Below are positions 26,996 through 36,085 of a DNA stretch of 64,000 nt, piece after piece. Location: assembly GCA_022072165.1 (NCBI GenBank), contig JAJVIF010000001.1, positions 273,353 through 337,352 of the forward strand, written 5' to 3'. This stretch comes from a bacterium (lineage in GTDB: Bacteria > JAJVIF01). A program made the position numbers and the translations under genes. The notes under the pieces were generated by a model. That model was not told where the DNA came from and searched no databases. It was given only the letters and a program-made list of their open reading frames with translations. Numbering within the stretch: the first letter of the stretch is position 1; each line of letters opens with the position of its first letter.

Positions 26996-29956
26996 ATGCC
27001 CGACATGAAACTGCTCTACCCGCTCTGGCTGTTGGCCCTGGCCGCGATTCCCCTCGCCTGGCTGCTCGAGCGCAATTCCTTCAGCGCGCTGGGACTGCTG
27101 CAGCGGCGTTTCGCGACCGTTATCCGGACTATTCTCTTTCTGCTCCTCGTCCTGGCCCTCTGCGGCTTCCAGACACGCGATCCCAATCGCACCATGCAGG
27201 TGATCTATGTCCTGGATGCCTCGCGATCGATTCCCACCGCGGAGGTCGACCGGGCGCTTGCCTGGATCGATGCGGCCAGTTCCACTCTGACCGAACAGCA
27301 GCGGGAGCGTACAGAGTCTGCGCTGATGGTCTTCGGACGGAATGCATCCTTCGAGCAGGGGTTTTCCCGGAAGCTGGAAGTTGGCACTCTCCAGAGCGTG
27401 ATAGATGACGGCAACACGGATCTGTCCCGCGCGCTGGACCTGGCGTCAGCTGTCTTTGAGCCCGGGGCAGACAAGCGGGTAGTCCTCTTTTCCGATGGTC
27501 GGGAAACACTGGGGAATGCCGAAGAGTTTGCCCGTCGCCTGCGACAGCGGGGGGTGGCAGTCGATACTGTGCCCATCGGCGCGGAAGTGGCCGACGATGT
27601 CCTGGCCCGCAAAGTCATCGTCCCCCAGGCTGCCGATCGCAAAGAAACATTCGCCGTAAAGTGCGTCGTGGATTCGTCCTCTGAAAAAGAGGCGACACTC
27701 AAACTCTTCCGCAATAACGTCTTCATCTCGCAGCATCCGGTGTCGCTGAAGCCGGGTCGCAATGTCTTCAGTTTCAACCAGACCGAGCCCGCAAAGGGGT
27801 TCTACACGTATTCCTTCGAGATCGATGCCCCTGGTGACTCAGTCGGAGCAAACAATCGCGCCCGAAGCTTCACGTTTGTCGAAGGCGAGCCCCGGCTCCT
27901 CTACCTGACCGGCGACCCCAACGAGCAGCCCGACCTCGCCGCAATGCTCGCCCCGAAGGAAATCAACATCGAGTTCCGTCAGACCGGCTTCATGCCCCAC
28001 GACCTCGCGGACCTCATGGTGTATGACGCCCTCTTCTTCTCCGATGTCTCAGCTGAAACGCTGACGCCGGAGCAGCAGACCCTCATTCAGGGCTATGTCA
28101 AAGCCCTCGGTAAGGGCTTTGTCATGCTGGGCGGACCGCAATCCTTTGGTGTCGGCGGCTGGTACCGGACACCGGTCGAGGAAGTCCTCCCGGTCACCAT
28201 GGATTTCAAGCGTCAGCAGCACTTCCCCTCCACCGGACTCTGCATCGTGATCGACCGCTCCGGCTCCATGAGCGCGATGGCCGGCAGTTACACCAAGCTC
28301 GACCTCGCCAAGAAGGCTGCCGTGGAGTCGGGGAGTGTGCTGACCAACCGGGACTACATCGGGGTCATTCAGTTCGATGATGCCGGTTACTGGGTCACCG
28401 ACAAGATGCAGCAGCTGACCAGCAAAACCCGCTTCCGGGCCCAGGTTGGGAGCATCTCCATCGGTGGCGGCACCAACATCTATGCCGGTCTGCGTCCTGC
28501 TGTGGATGAACTCACGAAGCTGCCAGCACAGGTCAAGCACATCATCCTCCTCACGGATGGGATGTCCGCACCTGGTGACTACGATCGCATCATCCGGGAC
28601 TGCAAAGCCGCCGGGATCACGCTGACCACCGTGGCCACTGGTCCGGACTCGGATGAGCGCTTCCTGAAAAATCTGGCAACCCGGGGAGGTGGCCGCTATT
28701 ACCCGCTGCCCGACGCGCGGAATCTCCCCCGTATCTTCACCAAGGAAACCTTTCTCGCCGCCACGAAGTCGGTCATTGAAGAGCCTTTCACGCCAAATCC
28801 GGGCGAAGTCCACCCCATCACCGATGGCTTCCCCTTCGTCGGCAGTCAGCCCCTCCTGGGCTACAACGCCACCACGAAAAAGGATCTGGCGAGCGTCACG
28901 ATGTTCACGCCGCAAGGGGATCCCCTCTTCGCGCACTGGAACTATGGACTCGGCAAGTCGATGGCCTTCACCAGTGATGCACGCCGCCGTTGGGGAGCCG
29001 CCTGGATGGGGTGGAGTCCGGCTCAGGTCCTCTGGACGCAGAGTGTCCGGTGGCTCACGGGCGAGCAGGAAAGTAAGGAACTGGTCGCGCAGGTGAGTCG
29101 TGATGGAGCGAGAACCACCATCACTGTCGACTCTTTTACAAGTCGCGGTGACCTGGATGCTGAAGGAAAAGTCACCGCGCATGTCGTCACACCGTCGCTG
29201 GAGACCCTGGAACTCCCGATGCGGCAGGTGGCTCCCGGAAGATTCGAACTGCAGGAGCTGTTCGCCGATGATGGCAACTACATCGTGAATGTGGTGAAGG
29301 AGCAGGGAGACCAGGTTACCGGCGTCCTGCATACCGGCTTCGCGGTGAGCTACAGCCCTGAGTACGACGCTGGGCCCCCCAATACATTCCTGCTGACCCG
29401 CATCGCTGAGTTGACCCAGGGGACGATGAACCCGGAGCCACCGCAGGCCTATCGTCCGGTGGAGTTCACCGGCGAGCTGGGGTCCTGGAAGGACTGGAGC
29501 TTCCCCCTCCTGATGGCCTGCATCCTTCTGTTCCCCCTCGACATCGCTGTCCGCCGCATTATGCTGCCCGAAGAAGGACTCCGGACCTGGAGCGAAGCCG
29601 CGATCGCCGGTCTTCTGGGACTCTTCCGTCCGGTGGAAGCAGCTGCCCGACGTGTCTCACGGCCGGCAACGGTCGCCCCCGCCTGGCGTCGGGAAGCTGA
29701 AACCTCTGCTCGTCGCGCCGAACAAAAGGCTCCGCCCTCACCGGAGGTGCCTCCCAGTGGTCCTGTCAGGATCAGCAAGCAGCAAAGTGGCGATCCGGAG
29801 GCGTTGCAGCGACGGGTCGGGAGCATTTTGGCCGGGAGCGGCAAGGGGAACGCCCCCGGGGAGGCAGAGGCAGCCGGTGATGACACCTACGCCCGGCTGC
29901 TGGAAGCCAAGCGTCGCGCCAGGGAAAAAGCTGACGGGTCCGAGCCTCGCACCTGA
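26996..29956 (+). CDS. BatA-like protein with two VWA domains and Pro/Ala-rich C-terminal tail
   Basis: BatA N-terminus 'MKLLYPLWLLALAAIPLAWLLERN'. VWA1 'VIYVLDASRSI'. VWA2 'CIVIDRSGSMSA...GGTNI'. C-terminal TM. Confidence 0.75.
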   Translation: MPDMKLLYPLWLLALAAIPLAWLLERNSFSALGLLQRRFATVIRTILFLLLVLALCGFQTRDPNRTMQVIYVLDASRSIPTAEVDRALAWIDAASSTLTEQQRERTESALMVFGRNASFEQGFSRKLEVGTLQSVIDDGNTDLSRALDLASAVFEPGADKRVVLFSDGRETLGNAEEFARRLRQRGVAVDTVPIGAEVADDVLARKVIVPQAADRKETFAVKCVVDSSSEKEATLKLFRNNVFISQHPVSLKPGRNVFSFNQTEPAKGFYTYSFEIDAPGDSVGANNRARSFTFVEGEPRLLYLTGDPNEQPDLAAMLAPKEINIEFRQTGFMPHDLADLMVYDALFFSDVSAETLTPEQQTLIQGYVKALGKGFVMLGGPQSFGVGGWYRTPVEEVLPVTMDFKRQQHFPSTGLCIVIDRSGSMSAMAGSYTKLDLAKKAAVESGSVLTNRDYIGVIQFDDAGYWVTDKMQQLTSKTRFRAQVGSISIGGGTNIYAGLRPAVDELTKLPAQVKHIILLTDGMSAPGDYDRIIRDCKAAGITLTTVATGPDSDERFLKNLATRGGGRYYPLPDARNLPRIFTKETFLAATKSVIEEPFTPNPGEVHPITDGFPFVGSQPLLGYNATTKKDLASVTMFTPQGDPLFAHWNYGLGKSMAFTSDARRRWGAAWMGWSPAQVLWTQSVRWLTGEQESKELVAQVSRDGARTTITVDSFTSRGDLDAEGKVTAHVVTPSLETLELPMRQVAPGRFELQELFADDGNYIVNVVKEQGDQVTGVLHTGFAVSYSPEYDAGPPNTFLLTRIAELTQGTMNPEPPQAYRPVEFTGELGSWKDWSFPLLMACILLFPLDIAVRRIMLPEEGLRTWSEAAIAGLLGLFRPVEAAARRVSRPATVAPAWRREAETSARRAEQKAPPSPEVPPSGPVRISKQQSGDPEALQRRVGSILAGSGKGNAPGEAEAAGDDTYARLLEAKRRAREKADGSEPRT

Positions 29957-30022
29957 CGTTCATGCTGCTACACTTAGGCCGCACGCAATTTCGCGTCCCA
30001 CAAGGGAGGACCGCGCCGCATC

Positions 30023-30346
30023 ATGACTGACCAACAGGACCCGCAGCAGCAGCCCGCGCAGGTGAGCTTTGCTCCCCAGGCGCACTCGGTGCTCTACAGC
30101 GACTTCGCCCAGATCACCATCAATCCGCATTCCGCCACGCTTCGCTTCGGCACCCAGGTGCCCGGACGCAACGAGTTTGTGGTGCACACGCAGCTCGCGA
30201 TGCCCCCCCAGGCGCTGGTGGCGTTCGCCAACGCGATCCAGCAGCACCTGCAGGCCATCGCGCAGGCGCAGGCCAACGCCCGGCAGCAGGAAGACTCTGG
30301 TCTCGTGGGGCCGGATGGGCCGATCGATCTGTCGCGCCTGAACTAA
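30023..30346 (+). CDS. DUF3467-like small protein
   Basis: 'YSDFAQITINPHSATLRFG...NEFVVHTQLAMPP' resembles the DUF3467 core. 107 aa. Confidence 0.45.
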   Translation: MTDQQDPQQQPAQVSFAPQAHSVLYSDFAQITINPHSATLRFGTQVPGRNEFVVHTQLAMPPQALVAFANAIQQHLQAIAQAQANARQQEDSGLVGPDGPIDLSRLN

Positions 30347-30376
30347 GCGGATTCCGCGATCTCTGCTCGCTGGTAG

Positions 30377-31333
30377 CTAGGCGGCTCCCGCTACGGGGGC
30401 CGTCGCTGCTTTTTTCGGTCCGCCACTGATGAGCTGCCAGAGGGCCACCGTGACGAGAAAAGCTCCAAACGTCAGCTTCAGATGCGGACTGGAGAGTGAC
30501 TTGAGCAGTAACCCCCCCAGGTAGACTCCGCCGACACTTCCGGGAGCCAGCCAGAGGACTGTCGAGATCTTGCCGGCCTTTTGCTGAAGATATTTGACCG
30601 CGCCCGTAAACACGATCGGGAACATCGCCCCGACCGCATAGCCCTGGGCGTATTTCTGATCGATGTGCAGCAGCTCCGTAAGAACTGGAACCATCACAAC
30701 ATTGCCCCCGATGCCCGTAAAGCCGCTGGCGATGCCGGCGATCGTGCCAGTCCCCAAAAACTCCAGCCCAGTGAGGAGCGTCAGCGGGGTATCGGGCAGA
30801 ATCGGCGCGTGCGCGCCTTCCGCCGCCTGTATCAGGCCCCCCCGGATCATCCAGAAGGCAGCGAAGAGCATGATCAGCGAGAAGATTTTGGTCAGCTTGT
30901 CCAGCGGGAGTTTCAGCGCCCAGCCACTGGAGAGCTGCGCGCCGACCATCCCTCCCGCAGCCATGCAGACGGAGAAGATGACGGCGTTCAGATCCCAGTA
31001 GAGGAGGCGAGGCGTCTGATTCCAGTAATTGAAGAGATTCGCGATGACCAGAATCACTGCCAGGGCGAGGCTGGTTCCCTGGGCCGACCGCTGATCGATA
31101 CGCACAATCCACACCAGCAACGGAATAACCACCACTCCGCCGCCGATCCCCAGCATCCCGCCCATAACACCAGTAATGATGCCCAGCAGCACCAGCAGCC
31201 AGGGCCATTCCCGGGTGCCGGACTGCTGGATGGCAGTGGTTGTTGCTGGTTCCGGTGCGGAGATAGCCGCCTCCTGAGTGATACACTCCCTGCTGCTGCG
31301 GTTGCCCGGCACTGGGCGGTCCGCCACCAGCAC
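30377..31333 (-). CDS. TauE/SafE (DUF81) family anion exporter
   Basis: Two TauE repeats with 'GGMLGIGGGVVVIPLL' and 'GFTGIGGNVVMVPVL' Gly-rich helices. Confidence 0.8.
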   Translation of the reverse strand: MLVADRPVPGNRSSRECITQEAAISAPEPATTTAIQQSGTREWPWLLVLLGIITGVMGGMLGIGGGVVVIPLLVWIVRIDQRSAQGTSLALAVILVIANLFNYWNQTPRLLYWDLNAVIFSVCMAAGGMVGAQLSSGWALKLPLDKLTKIFSLIMLFAAFWMIRGGLIQAAEGAHAPILPDTPLTLLTGLEFLGTGTIAGIASGFTGIGGNVVMVPVLTELLHIDQKYAQGYAVGAMFPIVFTGAVKYLQQKAGKISTVLWLAPGSVGGVYLGGLLLKSLSSPHLKLTFGAFLVTVALWQLISGGPKKAATAPVAGAA

Positions 31334-31377
31334 GCCGCTGCGTCGCTGGCAGTGAGCATAGTACCCGGAGGAACAAC

Positions 31378-31818
31378 ATGCACGTGCGTCAGCTTGGCTG
31401 GCTTGTGACCCTGAGCCTGCTCCTGTTCAGTCTCTTTGGTTGCGACAAACTCTCCAACATCGGGACCAGCGTGGCTGGCAACATCTACAACCGGGGGACC
31501 CCACAGGGTGGTCACATCACCCTCGTGGATTTCGCCACTGGGTCCACCGCCTATCAGGGCCAGAGCCAGGATGGGCACTTCATTATCCAGGATGTCAAAG
31601 CGGGCGAGTACGTCATCCGCTACATGAACATGAACGCCATCCCCATGGGGGGCGGACGGTACATCAAGGTCCTTCCCGGACGCCCGGTCACCGAGATCAA
31701 GTTCGAGATCTGGGAAGTCGTCGGGCCGGACACCAAGGACAAAGAGGGGAACCTCCTGATGACCAAGGAGCAGTTCATGGAAAAGTTCGGGCTCACCGAC
31801 CAGGTCCCCACCGGCTAA
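31378..31818 (+). CDS. Hypothetical lipoprotein (carboxypeptidase-regulatory-like beta-sandwich)
   Basis: Lipobox 'LLFSLFGC'. 'GHFIIQDVKAGEYVIRY' is a CarbopepD_reg-like pattern. Confidence 0.5.
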   Translation: MHVRQLGWLVTLSLLLFSLFGCDKLSNIGTSVAGNIYNRGTPQGGHITLVDFATGSTAYQGQSQDGHFIIQDVKAGEYVIRYMNMNAIPMGGGRYIKVLPGRPVTEIKFEIWEVVGPDTKDKEGNLLMTKEQFMEKFGLTDQVPTG

Positions 31819-31845
31819 CGCACGCTCACACCAGCGTAGCGACTG

Positions 31846-31876
31846 AAGCCCCCGGGTCCCCCCGGGGGCTTTCATT
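31846..31876 (+). terminator. Rho-independent terminator after the lipoprotein gene
   Basis: aagcccccggg tcc cccgggggctt stem-loop followed by TTCATT. Confidence 0.6.
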
Positions 31877-31948
31877 CCCCCGGTCCCGCACCCCCTGTCT
31901 GCCTGCGTATACTCGCCTCTGGCCGCTGCTCACACCTGCGAGGTAACT

Positions 31949-33007
31949 ATGAGTCCCACACTCCGGACCGGCGCAATCGAGGTCACCGACCTCACGAAAA
32001 TCTTCGTCAACTTCAAGCGACGCGAAGGGGTCTCTGGTGCGTTTCTCGATCTCTTCAAGCGGGACTACTCCCGGCAAGTGGCCGTCGATCACCTGACCTT
32101 CCAGATCGCACCGGGGGAACTGGTCGGCTACATCGGGGCGAACGGCGCTGGCAAGTCCACCACGATCAAGATGCTCACCGGCATCCTGGTCCCCACCAGT
32201 GGTGAGGTTCGGGTCAACGGGCTGATTCCGTATAACAACAATCAGCACAAGAAGCTGATCGGTGTCGTCTTCGGGCAGCGGACCCAGCTCTGGTGGGACA
32301 TTGCGGTTATCGAAGCCTTCCACCTGCTGCAGAAAATCTACGAAGTGCCCCGGGCGGAGTACCTGACCCGCCTGGAAGAATTCACCCAGCTGCTGGACCT
32401 GGAGGAACTCCTCCATAAGCCCGTACGCAAGCTCTCCTTAGGGCAGCGGATGCGTTGCGACCTGGCCGCCTCGTTACTCCACAACCCGCCTGTGGTCTTT
32501 CTGGATGAGCCCACCATTGGCCTGGACGTCTCAGTGAAGGCCCGCATCCGGGCGTTCATCAGGGACATCAATCAGAAACATGGCACCACCGTCATTCTCA
32601 CCACCCACGACCTGGTGGACATCGAGGAAGTCTGCGAGCGACTCCTCATCATCGACCAGGGAAAGCTCCTGTATGACGGACATCTGATGACCCTGAAGGA
32701 ACGCTTCGGTCGCATCCGGCGCCTGGTGGTGGACTTCGTGGACCATCTCACGGAAGTCGATCTGGCACCGGTGCTGGAACCCTGGGGCGAAGCCGTCGAG
32801 TTCACCTGCGGCGTCGAGGGGCATTGCGAAATCCGGTTCGACCGGACCCGGGTCACGGCGACTGACCTGATTAACGCGATCCTGCCCCGCTTTTCCGCCA
32901 GGGACTTCGCACTGCAAGAGCCTGAAATCACCGACATCGTCAAAAGCATCTATGACCAGGGGTATGAGTATCGCGTCATGCGCGAGGAGGCCGGACTGGC
33001 AGTATGA
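31949..33007 (+). CDS. ABC transporter ATP-binding protein with ~110-aa C-terminal extension (no adjacent permease)
   Basis: Walker A 'GANGAGKST', signature 'LSLGQRMR', Walker B 'VVFLDEPT', H-loop 'LTTHD'. Confidence 0.85.
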   Translation: MSPTLRTGAIEVTDLTKIFVNFKRREGVSGAFLDLFKRDYSRQVAVDHLTFQIAPGELVGYIGANGAGKSTTIKMLTGILVPTSGEVRVNGLIPYNNNQHKKLIGVVFGQRTQLWWDIAVIEAFHLLQKIYEVPRAEYLTRLEEFTQLLDLEELLHKPVRKLSLGQRMRCDLAASLLHNPPVVFLDEPTIGLDVSVKARIRAFIRDINQKHGTTVILTTHDLVDIEEVCERLLIIDQGKLLYDGHLMTLKERFGRIRRLVVDFVDHLTEVDLAPVLEPWGEAVEFTCGVEGHCEIRFDRTRVTATDLINAILPRFSARDFALQEPEITDIVKSIYDQGYEYRVMREEAGLAV

Positions 33008-33963
33008 CCACGCTGTACGTCCTGGCAGGACCCACCGCCAGCGGCAAAACCGCGCTGTCGGTGTCGCTCGCACAAGCTCTCGATGCTGAGATCATCGTGG
33101 TCGACTCCCGGCAGGTCTATCGCGGGATGGACATCGGGACCGCCAAGCCGACCGCCGCCGAGCGGGAACGGGTGCCGCATCACGGCCTGGATCTGCGGGA
33201 TCCCGATGAGGACTTTTCGGTCGCCGCGTTCGTCGAGTTTGCAGCGCAGACGATCAGTGACATTCACCGACGCGGCCGGCGAGTCCTGTTGGTCGGTGGG
33301 ACGGGCATGTATCTCAAAGCCCTGCAGGAGGGCTGGGATTTCGCGGGGGTCGGCACGCAACGAGATCTGCGCGAAGAGTTGACACAGCAGCTCGAATCCG
33401 GGGGCGTCATTGCATTGGTGGCCGACCTGCTCTCCCGGGATCCTCAGGCGGCGGAACTCGTAGATCTCAACAATCCCGCCCGGGTTTTGCGCGCCCTCGA
33501 AATCGTCATCGCCACCGGACGCCCCCTTGCTGATGTGCGTGCACAATCCGGCACCGCCTGGCAGCTGCAGGGGATCGTGCTGACACGTCCCAAGCCCGAG
33601 CTGGACGCCCGCATCGAATTGCGGATCAATCAGATGATGCATGAGGGCTGGCTCGATGAGGTCCGGGATTTGGCGGCCCGACCCTGGCCCGCTACTTCAC
33701 CAGCGATGACAGGCATCGGCTACGACGAGCTCCGGCGGCATCTCGCAGGGGAGTACACCCTCCAGTTTGCCCTCAAGCGGGCCGCCGCCAGAACCCGGCA
33801 GTACGCCAAGCGGCAGCTCACCTGGTTCCGGGCGCAGCAGTTCCCCTTCCTGGAAGTCTCGGGAGAACAAGACTGGCCGGCCATCGCTACGGTCATCGCC
33901 GGGGGCTGGCGGACAATGCCTCTCACCACCGCATCCTCTACAATCCCGCAACCATGGGCCTGA
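33004..33963 (+). CDS. miaA: tRNA dimethylallyltransferase
   Basis: 'LAGPTASGKTALS', 'VVDSRQVYRGMDIGTAKP', 'LVGGTGMY'. 4-bp overlap with the ABC ATPase stop. Confidence 0.9.
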   Translation: MTTLYVLAGPTASGKTALSVSLAQALDAEIIVVDSRQVYRGMDIGTAKPTAAERERVPHHGLDLRDPDEDFSVAAFVEFAAQTISDIHRRGRRVLLVGGTGMYLKALQEGWDFAGVGTQRDLREELTQQLESGGVIALVADLLSRDPQAAELVDLNNPARVLRALEIVIATGRPLADVRAQSGTAWQLQGIVLTRPKPELDARIELRINQMMHEGWLDEVRDLAARPWPATSPAMTGIGYDELRRHLAGEYTLQFALKRAAARTRQYAKRQLTWFRAQQFPFLEVSGEQDWPAIATVIAGGWRTMPLTTASSTIPQPWA

Positions 33964-34820
33964 AACCGCTTCCCTTCACGAAAATGCACGGCACCGGCAA
34001 CGACTTCGTGGTCGTGCGTCGCAACGATCTCCCCGAGGGGAAGGACCCCGGGGCGATTGCGATCCTGAGCTCGCATCGACGCTTCGGAATCGGCTCCGAT
34101 GGCCTCCTCCTGGTCGGACTCGCCGAGGGCGACGCTGATCTGGAAATGATCTTCTACAACCCGGATGGCACCACGGCAGAGATGTGCGGTAACGGCCTGC
34201 GCTGTGTCGCCAAGTACGCCTACGACCATCGCCTGGTGCACGGCACCACCTTTCGGGTGCAAACCGGGGCAGGTATCAAGGACGTCGAAGTGACCGTCGG
34301 GGCGGAGGGCAAGGTGTATGCCGTCGAGTGCAACATGGGAGCTCCGGTGTTCACCTGCCAGGAGATCCCGGTCAACTGGCCAGAAGACACGGCGATCCAC
34401 CAGCCGCTGAAGGTCCCCCATGGCGATCACGAGCACCTGGTTCGCTTTACGGCAGTCTCGATGGGGAATCCCCATGCGGTCATCCCGGTCGATGACCTGG
34501 ATAACCTCAAAGTCAGTCATCTGGGACCTCCAATCGAAACGCATCCGATGTTCCCGGCGAAGACCAATGTGGAGTTCGTCCAGCAACTCAGCCGTGACCG
34601 GGTCGCGATCCGCATCTGGGAACGCGGCGCTGGGGAAACCTGGAGCTGCGGTACCGGTATCTGCGCGGTCTTTGCTGCCCTGCGAGCCCACGGCGATTGC
34701 GATGACGCCCTCTCAGTGGAAGTCAAAGGCGGGACTGTCGAGACCCGCTGGACCGAAGCTGGCGAAATCCTGATGAAGGGGCCAGCCGTCGAAGTCTTCT
34801 CCGGTACCATGCAGGTCTGA
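33954..34820 (+). CDS. dapF: Diaminopimelate epimerase
   Basis: 'KMHGTGNDFVVV', catalytic Cys 'NGLRC' and 'SCGTG', 'GNPHAV'. Confidence 0.9.
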   Translation: MGLKPLPFTKMHGTGNDFVVVRRNDLPEGKDPGAIAILSSHRRFGIGSDGLLLVGLAEGDADLEMIFYNPDGTTAEMCGNGLRCVAKYAYDHRLVHGTTFRVQTGAGIKDVEVTVGAEGKVYAVECNMGAPVFTCQEIPVNWPEDTAIHQPLKVPHGDHEHLVRFTAVSMGNPHAVIPVDDLDNLKVSHLGPPIETHPMFPAKTNVEFVQQLSRDRVAIRIWERGAGETWSCGTGICAVFAALRAHGDCDDALSVEVKGGTVETRWTEAGEILMKGPAVEVFSGTMQV

Positions 34821-34879
34821 ACACGAGGGCTAGCGTCCATCAGCAGGCAGCAATAGCGATAAAGGAAGTGGCAGTCCGC

Positions 34880-36085
34880 ATGACCTCTCCGACCCCGACA
34901 CTCAAACTCTCCCGTCGCGTGACAGAAGTCCCGCCGTATCTCTTTGCGGCGATCGACAAAGCCCGCGACGAAGCCAGGGCGAGGGGACTGGATGTCATTT
35001 CGCTTGGCATCGGCGATCCGGACCAGCCGACCCTCGATCCCATCGTTGAAGAGATGCACCGCGCCATCGACCGTCCGGCCAATCACCGGTACCCGGCGTA
35101 CGAAGGCTCAGCGGCGTTCCGGGAGGCGGCGAGTCGCTGGATGGAGCGTCGCTTCGGTGTCCGGCTGGCACCCTGCGAAATCATGGCGCTCATCGGAGCC
35201 AAAGAAGGGATCATGCACTTCTCCCTCGCGGTGCTTGACCCAGGGGATCTCTGTATCGTGCCGGAGCCGAGCTATCCCACTTACCGCACGTCTGCCCAGT
35301 GCGCCGGAGCGGACATCTACGATGTCGCGCTCACCGAGGCCAACGATTTCCAGATTGACCTGGCCTCAATTCCCGAAGAAATCGCCCGACGAGCCACCCT
35401 GATCTGGGTGAACTACCCGAACAATCCCACGACCGCCGTGGCCTCGCGGGACTTTTTCACCGATCTCATCGCCTGGGCCCGCAAGTACGAGGTGATCGTC
35501 GTCAACGACAACGCCTACTCCGAGATCTACTTTGACCCTGCCGACCGGCCCATCTCGATTTTCGAGTTCGAGGGGGCGAAGGATGTCGCGGTGGAGCTGT
35601 ACTCCCTCTCGAAGGGATACAACATGACCGGCTGGCGCATCGGCTGGGCGGCAGGGCGTAAAGAGTTCATGGACGCCCTGGGGGTGATCAAGAGCAACAC
35701 CGACTCGGGCGTCTTCACTGCGATTCAGGAAGCCTCGATGGTCGGACTCGATCTCCCCTTCGAGGCCCAGGATCCCATCCGGCAGCTCTATCGCGAGCGA
35801 CGGGATCGGGTGGTTGCCCGCCTGAGTGCTGCCGGCATCACTTTCTACCCCTGTCGCGGCACCATCTACCTCTGGGGCAAAGTTCCGACCACGGAGAGCA
35901 GTGTGGAGTACGCCTCCCGGCTCCTGGAGCAGACCGGGGTTGTCATCGGCCCGGGGCGTGGTTGGGGTCCGAGCGGGGAGGGCTGGTTCCGGCTCTGCCT
36001 GACGACCGCCGATGACCGGCTGGATGAAGCCGTCGGGCGCATCATTGCAGACCTCGAGCAGTGGCGAGCCGCTCACCCCGGTTAG
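34880..36085 (+). CDS. dapL: LL-diaminopimelate aminotransferase-type class I aminotransferase
   Basis: Class I/II aminotransferase with 'YSLSKGYNMTGWRIGW' (PLP Lys). Directly downstream of dapF, and about 400 aa long. Confidence 0.75.
   Translation: MTSPTPTLKLSRRVTEVPPYLFAAIDKARDEARARGLDVISLGIGDPDQPTLDPIVEEMHRAIDRPANHRYPAYEGSAAFREAASRWMERRFGVRLAPCEIMALIGAKEGIMHFSLAVLDPGDLCIVPEPSYPTYRTSAQCAGADIYDVALTEANDFQIDLASIPEEIARRATLIWVNYPNNPTTAVASRDFFTDLIAWARKYEVIVVNDNAYSEIYFDPADRPISIFEFEGAKDVAVELYSLSKGYNMTGWRIGWAAGRKEFMDALGVIKSNTDSGVFTAIQEASMVGLDLPFEAQDPIRQLYRERRDRVVARLSAAGITFYPCRGTIYLWGKVPTTESSVEYASRLLEQTGVVIGPGRGWGPSGEGWFRLCLTTADDRLDEAVGRIIADLEQWRAAHPG

Noticed and set aside
28049-29332. 427-aa minus-strand ORF
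   Set aside because: Antisense to the double-VWA BatA-like gene.
30120-31379. 419-aa minus-strand ORF overlapping the TauE gene in another frame
   Set aside because: Translation is Gly/Arg/Ala-rich without TM structure. The 30377-31333 frame gives a clean TauE/SafE protein.
35366-36076. 236-aa minus-strand ORF
   Set aside because: Antisense to dapL.
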